Assembly (NCBI RefSeq): GCF_006345805.1
Contig: NC_043000.1
Location: 34,038,001 to 34,102,000, forward strand
Direction: 5' to 3'
DNA: 64,000 bases
Source of the DNA: Octopus sinensis
Taxonomy: Eukaryota
In this document: piece by piece, positions 1-11,732 of the stretch
How the letters are laid out: each line of letters begins with the position of its first letter
Numbering within the stretch: the first letter of the stretch is position 1
The notes under the pieces: model-generated
Told to the model about the DNA's origin: nothing
Database searches by the model: none
What the model saw: only the letters and a program-made list of their open reading frames with translations
Program-made: the position numbers and the translations under genes

Positions 1-231
1 CCATTAATGGAAATGACTTTCTTTAATGAATTACTTTTCTTCTCAAGAATTACTTTCTCCAAATGAAAAAAAAAAAAAAAAGAAATCTTAGAAATAATGT
101 CAAAGAAATATTAAAATGGAAACAGATTCTGGTTCAGTCAACCAGAAATTCTAAAGATTCTTCATCAAAAAGTTTTCAGTTTTGATAGAAAATATCTCAG
201 AGTTATTTTAATGATTGATATTATGAAATAC

Positions 232-590
232 AGCAGCCGGGCGAAATGCTTAGCGGCATTTCGTTTGTCTGCACCTTCTGAATTCGCATTCCGCCGAGGT
301 CGACTTTGTTTTTTCATCCTTTCCGGGTCGATGAAATAAGTACCAGTTACACACTGGGGTTGATGAAATCGACTATCTCCCTATATTAGAAAGGATTATT
401 AAATATAACAACGAGCTGGCAGAATCGTTAGCATCCCGTCCGTTTTTACATTCTGAATTCGAACTCCGTTGAGGTCGACTTTGCCTCTCATCCTTTTTGG
501 AATCCATAAAATAAGTACCAGTCATATACTCGGTTTCATGTAATCGACTTCTTTCTCCGAACTTGCTAGCCTTGTGTCAAAATTTCACAC
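232..590 (+). mobile_element. Two degenerate head-to-tail copies of the abundant tRNA-derived SINE (family 1 here; 'GGCGGCGAGCTGGCAGAATCGTTAGC' type)
   Basis: Shares GGCGAAATGCTTAGCGG...CCGCCGAGGTCGACTTTG...AAGTACCAG with the better copies at 2951, 10232 and 47237. Confidence 0.8.
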
Positions 591-1225
591 TAATATTTAG
601 ATTATTAATTAGTATCTATATTAATCGATGTTAGGAAGTCGTGAGTAGGACACGGTTTAAAATACCTTTCAATTTATAGGTTCTGAGTTCGAATCCCATA
701 AAAATCAACACTTTCTTTCATTCTTCTAGGACGTCAGTGAAATTCCCCACTCCCCCAAGAGGCTGCCTTTTTGGCATATAAGAAGTCAGAAACAAAGGAA
801 TTATTGGAGTTGACAGGAACAAAAAAAAATACCAATTCTCACACACCGTACTCGACTTCAAACACCACACAAGATTTTAGGACCAATAGCTGTAATCTGC
901 TTCAGAACCACACACTTAGCTGTTCTTGAAGATCCCACACTGTACTTTACATCCAGATCACACACACAATTTAGCCTACGTATTGTACTGTATTTAAAGA
1001 TCACGGAATGTAATGTACTTGGGAACCTTTATTCTGCTCCCTCTTCATCCCTTGTCTCCAAAATCAATCCCTAATATCATGAATGTTACCTTTCAAATGT
1101 TTCGAGATTCCAAAATAAGATTCAGTCAATTAAATCATTAAATTGCTGTAATTCAATCAATAAACATAATTTAGTTTGTACATCTCATTACTTAACAGTA
1201 ATATTTGTATGTCCCTGACTACAAC

Positions 1226-2250
1226 TGTATTTCTCAGCACAACACCAGTTATATCTTCCTCTTCTTGGAAGCACTCCGTCGTTTACGACGACGAGGGTTC
1301 CGGTTGATCCGAATCAACGGAACAGCCTGCTCGTGAAATTAACGTGTAAGTGGCTGAGCACTCCACAGACACGTGTATCCTTAACGTAGTTCTCGGGGAT
1401 ATTCAGCGTGACACAGAGAGTGACAAGGCCGGCCCTTTGAAATACAGGTACAACAGAAACAGGAAGTAAGAGTGAGAGAAAGTTGTGGTGAAAGAGTACA
1501 GCAGGGATCACCACCATCCCCTGCCGGAACCTCGTGGAGCTTTAGGTGTTTTCGCTCAATAAACACTCACAACGCCTGGTCTGGGAATCGAAACCGCGAT
1601 CCTATGACCGCGAGTCCGCTGCCCTAACCACTGGGCCATTGCGCCTCCAGTTATATCTTCCACCACGCCGAGAACACAACTACAGCACCAGAACACGATA
1701 TCTCACAAGAGACCGAAACGTTTAAAACACAAAATTATGTTAAGGCAGAAAAGCTTTAAAGTTTTCACAGATTTCAATTTAAAAAACAAACACGATGATA
1801 TCTCTTGGAATGAAAAGGGACGTGTTTCCAGGCAAAGTGACTCGATACAATTAATTTTAAATGGATTTTAATTAAATACCTATTTAGGAGACGACATATT
1901 ATTCATTCTCCGATGGGATTTGAACTTATGAATATTTGTTAAAACTTGGTACAAAAAACGGTGTTTTTGTTTATCTTCATTGTAAAACGTTGCAATTGAA
2001 GTGGCAAAACATGCTCCTGTTGTCTTTGTGTAAAATTAACTCAGGGTAAATTCAGTCAGGAATCATTTGTAAACCGCGGTGCTACAACAAGAATATAGAA
2101 TATATCTGATACAGCACAATATAGAAACAGTAAATCACAACACAACGAAAATACCTCACAACAGTATTTCTCAACACAACACTAGTTATATCTTCCAACA
2201 CGCTGAGAACAGAACTACGACACCATAACACGATATCTCAAAAGAAACGC
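1226..2250 (+). repeat. Local direct repeat of about 100 bp; copy 1 (1226-1715) is split by the SINE, copy 2 (2163-2250) is uninterrupted
   Basis: GTATTTCTCAGCACAACACCAGTTATATCTTCC[SINE]ACCACGCCGAGAAC...ACACGATATCTCA versus GTATTTCTCAACACAACACTAGTTATATCTTCCAACACGCTGAGAAC...ACACGATATCTCA. Confidence 0.75.
1260..1648 (-). mobile_element. Young full-length tRNA-derived SINE (family 2 here; resembles Octopus OR-type SINEs) with 13-bp TSD
   Basis: Minus strand starts GGAGGCGCAATGGCCCAGTGGTTAGG (A box) and carries GGTTTCGATTCC (B box). TSD AGTTATATCTTCC at 1247-1259 and 1649-1661. About 9 mismatches by eye versus the copy at 4991-5376. Confidence 0.92.
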
Positions 2251-2950
2251 ATTACAACGCCGCAGAAATATATCATTATTCTAGAACGCTTTAATACTTC
2301 GTGGTTACAAAAATAAATGAATGAATAAATAATTAAATAAATAAATAAATAACATCAATATTCCGATACCGAAATATGATCGATAAGAAAAGCTGGAAAT
2401 GTTGAAGTGTTACATAAATAGTTTTAGAAACAAAAAGAAACATTTTTTTTCTCCAAGATGGCTGAAGGTAGATAACGTTTGATATATTTGCAGATGATTG
2501 ATAACAATACTTGTATGTTATGCTAAGTCTAAAACACAAGTAGCGACTAAATATACTTTGTGTCAGAAACAAACACTCACACATACACACTCACACAGGC
2601 ATACACACACACACACACAAACACACATATACACACTCACAGACAAACGTATACTCACACGCATTCATTCCACTAAAATCAATTCGATTTACTTGAGTCG
2701 ACGATATTTTATGAATACTCAAACCTGATTAAACAAACTTATGACGAAATACCATCCACCCACGGCTTTCTTACAGGCGTAGTCCATCAACGGCTATGTT
2801 ATCTAATATATCCTCGCAGTTTTAATACAATAGCGTGTGATCTAATAAACATGTGACTACCTTTTCTAGCAGGTCGACTGACCACATGCAGGCTCCCTCG
2901 TTTTGCATGTAAAATGTATCCATATTTGTTTCAGTATTTTTGAGTTCCAA

Positions 2951-3371
2951 GGCGGCGAACAGGCAGAATCGTTAGCAAGTCGGGCGAAATGCTTAGCGGT
3001 ATTTCGTCTGCCGCTACGTTCTGAGTTCAAATTCCGCCGAGGTCGACTTTTCCTTTCATCCTTTCGGGGTCGATTAAATAAGTACCAGTTACGCACTGGT
3101 GTTGATATAATCGACTTCATCCGTTTGTCTGTCCTTGTTTGTCCCCTCTGTGTTTAGCCCCTTGTGGGTAGTAAAGAAATAGGTATTTCGTCTGCCGTTA
3201 TGTTCTGAGTTTAAATTACGCCAAGATCGACTTTGCCTTTCATCCTTTCGGGGTCGAAAAATTAAGTACCAGTAGCGTACTAGGGTCGATAAATTAAGTA
3301 CCAGTTGCGTACTAATCTACTGGCTCCCTCCCACCAAAATTTCGGGCCTTGTGCTTAGAGTAGAAAAGAAT
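2951..3371 (+). mobile_element. Family-1 SINE, dimeric form (A-B-A'-C)
   Basis: Full head, middle module (TCCGTTTGTCTGTCC...GTAAAGAAATAG), repeat of the head from GTATTTCGTCTGCC, then tail ...GGGCCTTGTGCTTAGAGTAGAAAAGAAT. Confidence 0.88.
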
Positions 3372-3406
3372 ATTTATGAGTTCCTTCACCACACCTACAA
3401 AATGTA

Positions 3407-3616
3407 AAGGATGCGGCAGAAATAACGCCCTTTTTGCATTTAATAACTTTTATACTATATAAATGTTTATTAAGAAGTTTTTTGTTTTTTATTGATCACA
3501 AATTTATTGCATTACTTAAAGAAACGAATAATAAACTAATGCAAAAAGAAGTTTTAGGAACTAAAAAAAGAAACTCGATTAAAACTGGAAAATTCAAATA
3601 CTTCTGCCGCACCCTG
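3407..3616. mobile_element. Tc1/mariner-type MITE with TA target duplication
   Basis: Left end TA|AAGGATGCGGCAGAAATAA; right end reverse-complemented TA|CAGGGTGCGGCAGAAGTAT. AT-rich non-coding interior of about 210 bp. Confidence 0.7.
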
Positions 3617-3652
3617 TATAGTGGCTTCAAATTTTGACCCAAGGTCAGCCTT

Positions 3653-3840
3653 GGGGGGGAAGGGGTGTAAGTCGATTGCTTTAATTTCCCAGTATTTAAC
3701 TGCTACTAAATTTTCTCGACTGCGCAAGAATGAAAGACAAAGTGAACCGCGGCGAATTTTGAACTCGTAACGTAAAGACGGACGAAATGCTGTGAAGCAT
3801 TTATGCCCGGCGTGCTAACAATGCTGCCAGCTTGCGCCTT
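3653..3840 (-). mobile_element. Family-1 SINE, degenerate, inverted relative to the 2951 copy
   Basis: Reverse complement reads AAGGCGCAAGCTGGCAGCATTGTTAGCACGCCGGGC...GTTACGAGTTCAAAATTCGCCGCGG. Confidence 0.75.
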
Positions 3841-4090
3841 ATACAGAATATTTACTGTAATTAAATATATGAGCAAATAAAGAGATTTTTATTTACTGAG
3901 TAGCGACCAGACAGATATTAAATCATAATATTTCTGTATTTTTATTACTAGTATTGCGTGGCTCGTATTCCGTAGTTTTCTACCCCGCGTCGTTCCACGT
4001 GGGATACAGAAGTGGAGTGTGGGACCCACTACTGAGCTCGAACGTTTGGCTACGTGTTCTACTTCACAATACATACATATGCATACATAT

Positions 4091-4128
<38 letters not shown>

Positions 4129-4418
4129 ATTACCGACTGAAATCTCAAATATACACAAAGTCCTTCATTTAACGGGAAACCACAAAGTTGTTTTTAAAAC
4201 TTTTGTTACTTGTGGTTTTGATTTAACAGGGTGCGCACCCGATTTCCGTTATTATATCGCAGTCATGCTGGAACACTGCCTTCAGGTGTTTCATATGTCA
4301 TGTCAACCTAGTTCTTATTTCCCGCTCGTACTCATATTTATCGGTTTCTATTTTGCAACGGCTAAGTAACAAGTAATGCACAACAGAAGCAGTAAATGTT
4401 TTTAGAGTGGTGTGACCA

Positions 4419-4580
4419 GACGCAGGAGTGGCTGTGTGGTAAGTAGCTTGCTTAACAACCACATGGTTCCGGGTTCAGTCCCACTGTGTGACACCTTAGG
4501 CGAGTGTCTTCTAATATTACCTGGGTCCGAACCGAGCTTTGTGATTGGATTTGGTAGACGGAAATTGAAAGAAGCTCGTC

Positions 4581-4637
<57 letters not shown>

Positions 4638-4833
4638 AATGTGTATGTGTTTGTTCTTCCACCATTGTTTGACAACCGATGTTTGTGTGTCTACGTTCCC
4701 CGTAACTTAGAGATTTGGCAAAAGAGACCGGTAGTATAAGTACTAAGCTTTCAAAGAATAAGTCCTGGCGTCGATTTGTTTGATTAAAGGCATGGCCGCA
4801 GTCAAATAACTGAAACAAGTAAAAGAATAAAAG
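4419..4833 (+). mobile_element. Family-3 tRNA-derived SINE with internal (TG)n microsatellite
   Basis: Head GCAGGAGTGGCTGTGTGGTAAG...GGTTCCGGGTTCAGTCCC, internal (TG)n at 4583-4630, tail GGCCGCAGTCAAATAACTGAAACAAGTAAAAGAATAAAAG. Paralogues at 10630, 18196, 27525 (-), 40416 and 61080. Confidence 0.85.
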
Positions 4834-4990
4834 TATATGAGATTCTTAATGCACAGCCACATTTGTGTGTGTGAATGACATTAGAAACAATTGTAAATAA
4901 TTTTGGAGTTCCACTGTTTTTGCCGGTGATATTTTCGGAATGTCTGCAGCGGCAGATTTGCAGCTTTTTCAGATTTGTAATATGAATGTG

Positions 4991-5376
4991 TGGAGGCGCA
5001 ATGGCCCAGTGGTTAGGGCAGCGGACTCGCGGTCATAGGATCGCGGTTTCGATTCCCAGACCGGGCGCTGTGAGTGTTTATTGAGCGAAAACACCTAAAG
5101 CTCCACGAGGCTCCGGCAGGGGATGGTGGTAATCCCTGCTGTACTCTTTCACCACAACTTTCTCTCACTCTTACTTCCTGTTTCTGTTGTACCTGTATTT
5201 CGAAGGGCCGGCCTTGTCACTCTCTGTGTCACGCTGAATATCCCCGAGAACTACGTTAAGGGTACACGTGTCTGCGGAGTGCTCAGCCACTTACACGTTA
5301 ATTTCACGAGCAGGCTGTTCCGTTGATTCGGATCAACCGAAACCCTCGTCGTCGTAACCGACGGAGTGCTTCCAGA
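4991..5376 (+). mobile_element. Young full-length family-2 SINE with 12-bp TSD
   Basis: TSD AATATGAATGTG at 4979-4990 and 5377-5388. Near-identical to the reverse complement of 1260-1648. Confidence 0.92.
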
Positions 5377-6167
5377 AATATGAATGTGGTGAGCCCGGTG
5401 GTTGGGCTGAGTGCTGCATTGGAAATACGTTTTGTTACCCTATCAGAATCTGCACTATAAGCCAATGTGCGCGCGCGTGTGTTTGTTCGTATTTGTCCGG
5501 AAATCGAACCCACGATCTCATGATCATGAATGCAACGCCACAACCATCTCGGCCTTTACATTCATACATTCATGTTTTAGAAAAAAAATCACACTTGCAT
5601 TTCGATCTACTTTGGACTGACAGACTGACTATATTACAAGCAGTATTTAGTTGTATACATTTAGTTGCATATATTTGAATGTGGTCGCGGTAGACTTAGC
5701 CTTTCACCCTTATAGAGTATGTAAAAAAAAAAGCCAAGCCAGTGGACTGTTGCCTCCCCTCAAAATGTTCCTCCTTTTACTTCAGACATCGCTCCGACGT
5801 CTTTATCCTGTCCCGGCAATTTATAAACTCCTTCAAAACGCTTCACTTTTTCGATTATGTTACAAGCCTGTCACATCTCACTCTTTTAAATCATGTTTTG
5901 CGGTGGTGGTGGTGGTGGTGGTGGTGGTGATGGGGGTTGTATTATTTTTAATGTTTCTTGTACTTCTTTCTCTTTTCTCTGGTTACTATTTATATTCTTT
6001 GACCTACTTCTCTTGTCTTTCTTTAACTTTTAAACTCGTATTGCTGCTGCTGCTAACGCTGTTTGTTTATGAAGCCAGGTTGTGGTTTCCCTATTTACCT
6101 TAATCAATTCATACTAAATTGTGAATCACATAATTCAGTTAGTATTATTATTATTTATCAGAACTAA

Positions 6168-6995
6168 GGCGGAGGGAGGGGTAGAATCGTTAGCTCACTG
6201 GGCGAAATGCTTAGTGATATTTCATTTGACATTACGTTCTAAGTTCAAATTCCGCCAAGGTCAACTTTGCCTTTCATCTTTCGGGGTCGATTAAATATGT
6301 AGCAGTTACGCATATAATCGACTTAAGCCCTTTGTCTGTCCTTGTTTGTCCCCTCTATGTTTAGCCCCCTGTGGGCAATAAAGAAATAGGTATTTCGTTC
6401 GTCTTTACGTTCTAAGTTCAAATTCCACCGAAGTCGACTTTACCTTTCGTCCTTTAAGGGGTCGATAAATTAAGTACCAGTCAAGTACTGGGGTCGATCT
6501 AATCGACTATTCCCCTCCCCCAAATTTCAGGCCTTGTACCTATAGCAGAAAGGGTTATAATTATTATTACTATCTACTATAACTAAGGCGGCGAGCTGAC
6601 AGAATCGATAGCATGCCGGGCGAAATGCTTAGTGGCATTTCATAGGTCTTTATGTTCTGAGTTCAAATTCCGTCGATGCCAACTTTGCATTTCATCTTTT
6701 CGGGGTCGATAAATTAAGTACCAGTGATGTACTGGGTCGATGTACCTGTGATAGGAAGGGTACCTACGATATCTACGGCGATGAGCTGGCTGAATCGTTA
6801 AATCGTGAAAAATATTACGTTGTGATATTTGTTCCGTCTCTTTGGGTTCTGAGTTCAAATCCTGTCGAGGTCAACTTTGACTTTTATATTTTGGGGCTCG
6901 ATAGAAATAAAGGACCAGTGAAGTATTGGGATTGAAGGTATCGACTGTTCCCTTCTTTGCTCAGAACTGCTGGCATTGTGCCTCAATTAGAAACT
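6168..6995 (+). mobile_element. Cluster of head-to-tail family-1 SINEs (dimer 6168-6554, monomers from 6587 and 6777)
   Basis: Repeated GGCG...GAATCG(T/A)TA heads and GTTCTGAGTTCAAAT B-box segments. Confidence 0.8.
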
Positions 6996-7180
6996 ATTTA
7001 CTCTGACTGACCACGTTTGCAAACATTGCGCTTTTTAATTAGTTGGCAATGACATCCTGTGTTTCTTCCGAGGTCTTTCTGTTGACGGAAGTTCCATCGG
7101 ATGGGGATGGAAGCTGAAATGGCGGTTGCATGTTTGGATGACACAAGAAGACAAAATAAATAATCAGTTTCGATCCACTT

Positions 7181-7211
<31 letters not shown>

Positions 7212-7369
7212 GCACTAATTCAGCAAGTCTGTCGAACTAGAGAAGAGACTCATGAGAAATACTGAAACACTAAATGTAAATAACATTTTGTTCTTTAAGC
7301 TTCGTTGTGAATCTAACTTAAACGGTTAATTACATTGTTTAATTACGACGTCTACTTCTACTCTAAACA

Positions 7370-8345
7370 TCATCATCATCATCACCGTCGTCGTCATCAT
7401 CATCATTTTCATGTTCGGCATGTTTGGGCATGGTTTCTACGGCCGGATGCACTTCCTAACGCCAACAACTTTACAGAGTGTACCGGGTGCTTTTCACGTG
7501 ACACCAGGACCGGGTGCTTTTTATGTGACACCAGGACCAAAGCTGTTTACGCAACACAAGTACCAGTAAGGTCACTAAGTACTTTGCAAGACAAAAGAGG
7601 CAAAGACCGCTCAACTGGGAGGAGGATGCTTTGTGCCAATTGAGATATCAAAAGTATAGAGGGGCGAGGATGGGTCCCTTGCTGAGGATGCAACGATTAC
7701 CCAGTTGGAAGAGAAAGGAGAGTGATTCAGAGAATAAAATGAGGAGAGCGATAGTGGGAGAGAGGTGGCGAAGACGTGTGGGGACATTGGAAGTGTGAGA
7801 ATAGGTGAGGTGATGCAAAGGTTTGAACTGGGCGAGTGAGTAAAATAGGGGTGACTGTTGCATATGATGGAGGGAAATCTAGGAGAGACCTGGTGGGGGG
7901 CAGGAGTTGCGGTAGATATGAGAAGGCATTGAGGATTTTAGCAGATAAGAGAGGTATTAATGATGAAGAATAGCATGGGGGGTGGTGCAGAGAGGAGGAA
8001 GTTGGTGGAAACAATAGGCTGGGTAAAGGATGGAAAATAGAAGTGGTTTGGAGTGGAGGAAGGAAGTTAATTGAGAAAGTTTGTATGTGCTTATTCTGCT
8101 CTTCTGTGATAGAGAAGTGATGGGTATTAAGTGATAAAATGTGAGGGGCAAACGTTGACGGGTCAGAGAGGATGGACGCTGGGTGGGACAGAGCCCCTCG
8201 TAGACGAGCATTACCACGTTGGTTTTAAAATATCAGTTCTGCTGTGGTGGACAAGTCTTCTTAAGTACAGCAAGGTGCTAGGTATATCGGTCCTTGGTCA
8301 TCTCCTTCGTAAGGATCAGCGTCTTGAGATCAGCCTTCAGTATTT
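7370..8345 (-). mobile_element. RTE-clade LINE 3' fragment (end of ORF, pyrimidine-rich 3' UTR, (ATG)n tail)
   Basis: Minus strand near 8343 translates KADLKTLILTKEMTKDRYT*HLAVLKKT, matching the RTE C-terminal D-L...M..DR..W..V pattern. The 3' end carries GTTGGCGTTAGGAAGTGCATCCGGCCGTAGAAA and ends in (ATG)n. Confidence 0.6.
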
Positions 8346-9127
8346 CAAACCCTTAATCAGTTCTACTTACCGTTGTTGTCACTTAAATTCTTATTTCTAA
8401 AACTGAGTACTTATTGCTTTCAATAGTTTGAATCGGGAAGATTGAGTTCGATACCTGCCGAGGTTGACTTTGTTGCTCCTCCTTTAAATGTGTTGAAAAA
8501 TATACACCAGTGAAGTATCAGGATCGGAATAATCCCTTATCCACCCCCGCAAAATATGTACCTGTGTGTCTTAGTTAAAAATCCATTACATTAATCTATT
8601 TATCGTGATGTGCATTCGAGTGCTACGTTTTAAACTACCTTAACTACAAACACAGTGCTCGACCTTAGCGACACCAATCCAGTTATACAACCAATCATTA
8701 TAAATTCACTCAAAAAAGAAAGACATTGAGGTAGACAATAGGTCTTATCCTTGACCTTTTCTTGTTTAAATCTTTTAAAGGACGAAGTGTTTCTATTTCA
8801 CTGGTGCATAATTATTGCGGCTTTTTTCCAATAAATTTTTATTCAATAAAAACAATAACAACATTTAACAAAAACATCTTTAAATGGTTATTCCGGAGTA
8901 TATTCACTATCTACTTCAATTTCTGCTTGGCGTTTTGTTTAAATTGTCGTTTTGTTTAGATTTTTGTTGAATAAAATTTATTGTAAAAAAGCCGTAATAA
9001 TTACGCACCAACCTATTATAAGTCCATTCTGGGATCAGCCAGCCTCATCACTGCTGGTTTGCTGAAGCACCACCAACTGTTTTAATTTCTTCAAAGCAGT
9101 GGATCGAACCCCAGTCTCCTAGCTTAC

Positions 9128-9181
9128 CTCTATACCACCGACAATGAACACGTGTAAATATAGACAGAATAATACTTCCAG
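9128..9181 (-). CDS. 54-nt coding exon; phase-0 reading LEVLFCLYLHVFIVGGIE, signal-peptide-like
   Basis: Acceptor ...TTTTTAATATATTTCAG| and donor GAG|GTAAGC. Length divisible by 3. Joined to the ATG-ending exon at 11733 it gives MLEVLFCLYLHVFIVGGIE. Confidence 0.6.
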
Positions 9182-9929
9182 CTGAAATATATTAAAAATT
9201 TATAAAAAGCGAATGAGCACCATCTGTTACGTTTGTTTACGCAGGAACAATTCAAGCGTAAGAGAGCGCAGGCGTGCACACACACACATACACACACACA
9301 CACACACACGCACGCACACACTCACATACACACACACACCACACACAAAGAAAGTAAGAAGCATATTACTATAATAGGAGCTACACAGTGAAACACTTTG
9401 TAAACTTACTTAACAAGTCCGCTACCAGTCACAAGCTCATTGGCTGGCACATATGTACAACAAAAACAACAGTAACAACAACAACAACTACTACTACTAC
9501 TACTACTACTACTACAACAACAACTACGACTACTACTACTAGACAAATATATATATATTAGTGTATATACAATTACACACGCCTAAACGCTGGTGCACAC
9601 ACTCTTTTGTGTGTAGAAGGTTAAGAACAAACACCAGGATATTGAACAGATGCAAAAGAACTAACAGCTGATGCTTTGGTGGGTTGAATAAATGGAGAAC
9701 AACTCAGAAACGAAGTTAATGTGTGTGTGTAAGGTATTAACTATAGAAGATTGAACCGGGAGAATTATAGGTATTACCGACTATACTTTTACATTAAACC
9801 TGTTCTGGCCCCTTTTTCTTATACTTTACTAATAACTCCTCTTCTTCCCACATAATGTTCTCTCCTCGTCGACTTTGACTCAGTCGAAGGAGATCTTAGA
9901 TCTTAGTCTTACAAGCTGCATGACCGCCT

Positions 9930-10122
9930 TGGTAGTTGTGGTGCACCGAGAAATGCACCCTGTACACTTTGTAAAATGGTCGGTATTATTATGAAGGGTA
10001 TCAAATCAGAGGAACTATGCCGAAGCACATATTTCTACAGGATACTATCCTTGGACCCATCAGATCTTGTCAAACCGTCTTATGCCTACGTGGACATGGA
10101 CGTTCAATGAAGAGGATGATGA
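9930..10122 (+). mobile_element. Degenerate RTE-type 3' end
   Basis: AAATGCACCCTGTACACTTTGTAAAATGGTCGG... ending GGACGTTCAATGAAGAGGATGATG, homologous to 39368-39615. Confidence 0.55.
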
Positions 10123-10169
<47 letters not shown>

Positions 10170-10231
10170 TAATTAGTAAAGGACTTCTCCAAGCGTTTAC
10201 CAGCTTCCTCGCAGTTGGGTCCCCAGTATAC

Positions 10232-10463
10232 GGCGGCGAGCTGGCAGAATCGTTAGCACGCCGGGCGAAATGCTTTGCGGTATTTCGTCTGCCGCTACGT
10301 TCTGAGTTCAAATTCCGCCGAGGTCGACTTTGCCTTTCATCCTTTCGGGGTCGATAAATTAAGTACCAGTTACGCACTGGGGTCGATATAATTGACTTAA
10401 TCCATTTGTATGTCCTTGTTTGTCTCCTCTGTGTGTAGCCCCTTGTGGGTAGTAAAGAAATAA
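10232..10463 (+). mobile_element. Family-1 SINE, young A-B form
   Basis: Near-consensus head and middle module ending GTAAAGAAATAAG, followed directly by TA/TG/TATG microsatellites. Confidence 0.88.
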
Positions 10464-10492
10464 GTATACATATATATATATGTATGTGTGTG

Positions 10493-10543
<51 letters not shown>

Positions 10544-10629
10544 ATGTATGTATGTATGTATATGTGTATGTATGTATGTATGTATGTATGTATGTATGTA
10601 TGAATGTCTGTATATGTATGTATTTGTTT

Positions 10630-10802
10630 GTATGTCTGTGATTGTCCTCCCAGCATCGCTTGACAACCGATACTGGTGTGTTTACGTCCCCGATAGAATA
10701 AGTACTAGGCTTACAAAGAATATATCCTGGAGTCGATTTGCTCGACTAAAGGCGGTGCTCAAGCGTGGTCGCAGTCAAATGACTGAAACAAATAAAAGAA
10801 TA
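10630..10802 (+). mobile_element. Family-3 SINE 3' half
   Basis: CGCTTGACAACCGA...GGTCGCAGTCAAATGACTGAAACAAATAAAAGAAT. Confidence 0.75.
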
Positions 10803-11113
10803 ATATATATATCTTTATACACCACACACACACAGAGACATAGATATTTGCATAAAAATATTTATGTAGGTATAAACAAGGTACAGTGGCACAAATTAGT
10901 GTGTTAAAGGTGCCAGTGTGCCAGTGTGCCAGTGTGTCAATTTGCCAAAATATTCAGCTGGAATCAGTCGAACAGAATCTAAGAAATGTTTTTTTTATTC
11001 CCACCTGGTTTTACTTCAAATCTTTATTACGCATGGAAGCTTGCATGGCTGCCAGAATACACACATACATACATACATTCCTACATACACACACACATAC
11101 ATACATACATACA

Positions 11114-11144
<31 letters not shown>

Positions 11145-11254
11145 GTGCATATGTGCGTGTGTATGTATGTGTGTGTGAGTATAAGTGTGGATAATTATAT
11201 ATATGTTTGTGTTTATATATATATACATACGTACATACATACATATATACATAC

Positions 11255-11324
<70 letters not shown>

Positions 11325-11480
11325 AGATACATGTATACATGCATTTACAAATATATTTCTGCTTGGATGTTTACGTATATGTATGTATATATAGATATAA
11401 GTACTGACATACACATAAACATAAATATATGTATATATATATATATGCAACACACACATATAATTCATACATATATATGA

Positions 11481-11526
<46 letters not shown>

Positions 11527-11732
11527 AGAGCGTGTGTTTATTCTTATACATCTCTATCTACATGTGTACAATCAGATAAAGAAGAGAAAATTAAATATGG
11601 CGCCACATTTGTGAAATATCTTTCTGAACCAATGACTTCTTCATCATTTTGATACTTTGCTAACATTAAAAATATTCCCTTCTTCCATAAATAGTAATAA
11701 TACCAACGACTGCCTCTCTCTGCTCGACTCAC

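Noticed and set aside
3939-4005. ACTAG plus a GC-rich hairpin as a minus-strand Helitron end
   Set aside because: The hairpin is about 30 nt from CTAG, much farther than usual, and no other support was found.
1314-5326. Near-identical 61-aa and 67-aa ORFs at 1314-1566 and 5074-5326
   Set aside because: Both lie inside copies of the same non-coding SINE; the identity reflects the repeat, not a gene family.
7039-7113. Possible third exon of the minus-strand gene (LPSPSDGTSVNRKTSEETQDVIAN*)
   Set aside because: Weak pyrimidine tract next to the AG, two frames open and no donor; cannot be distinguished from chance without RNA data.
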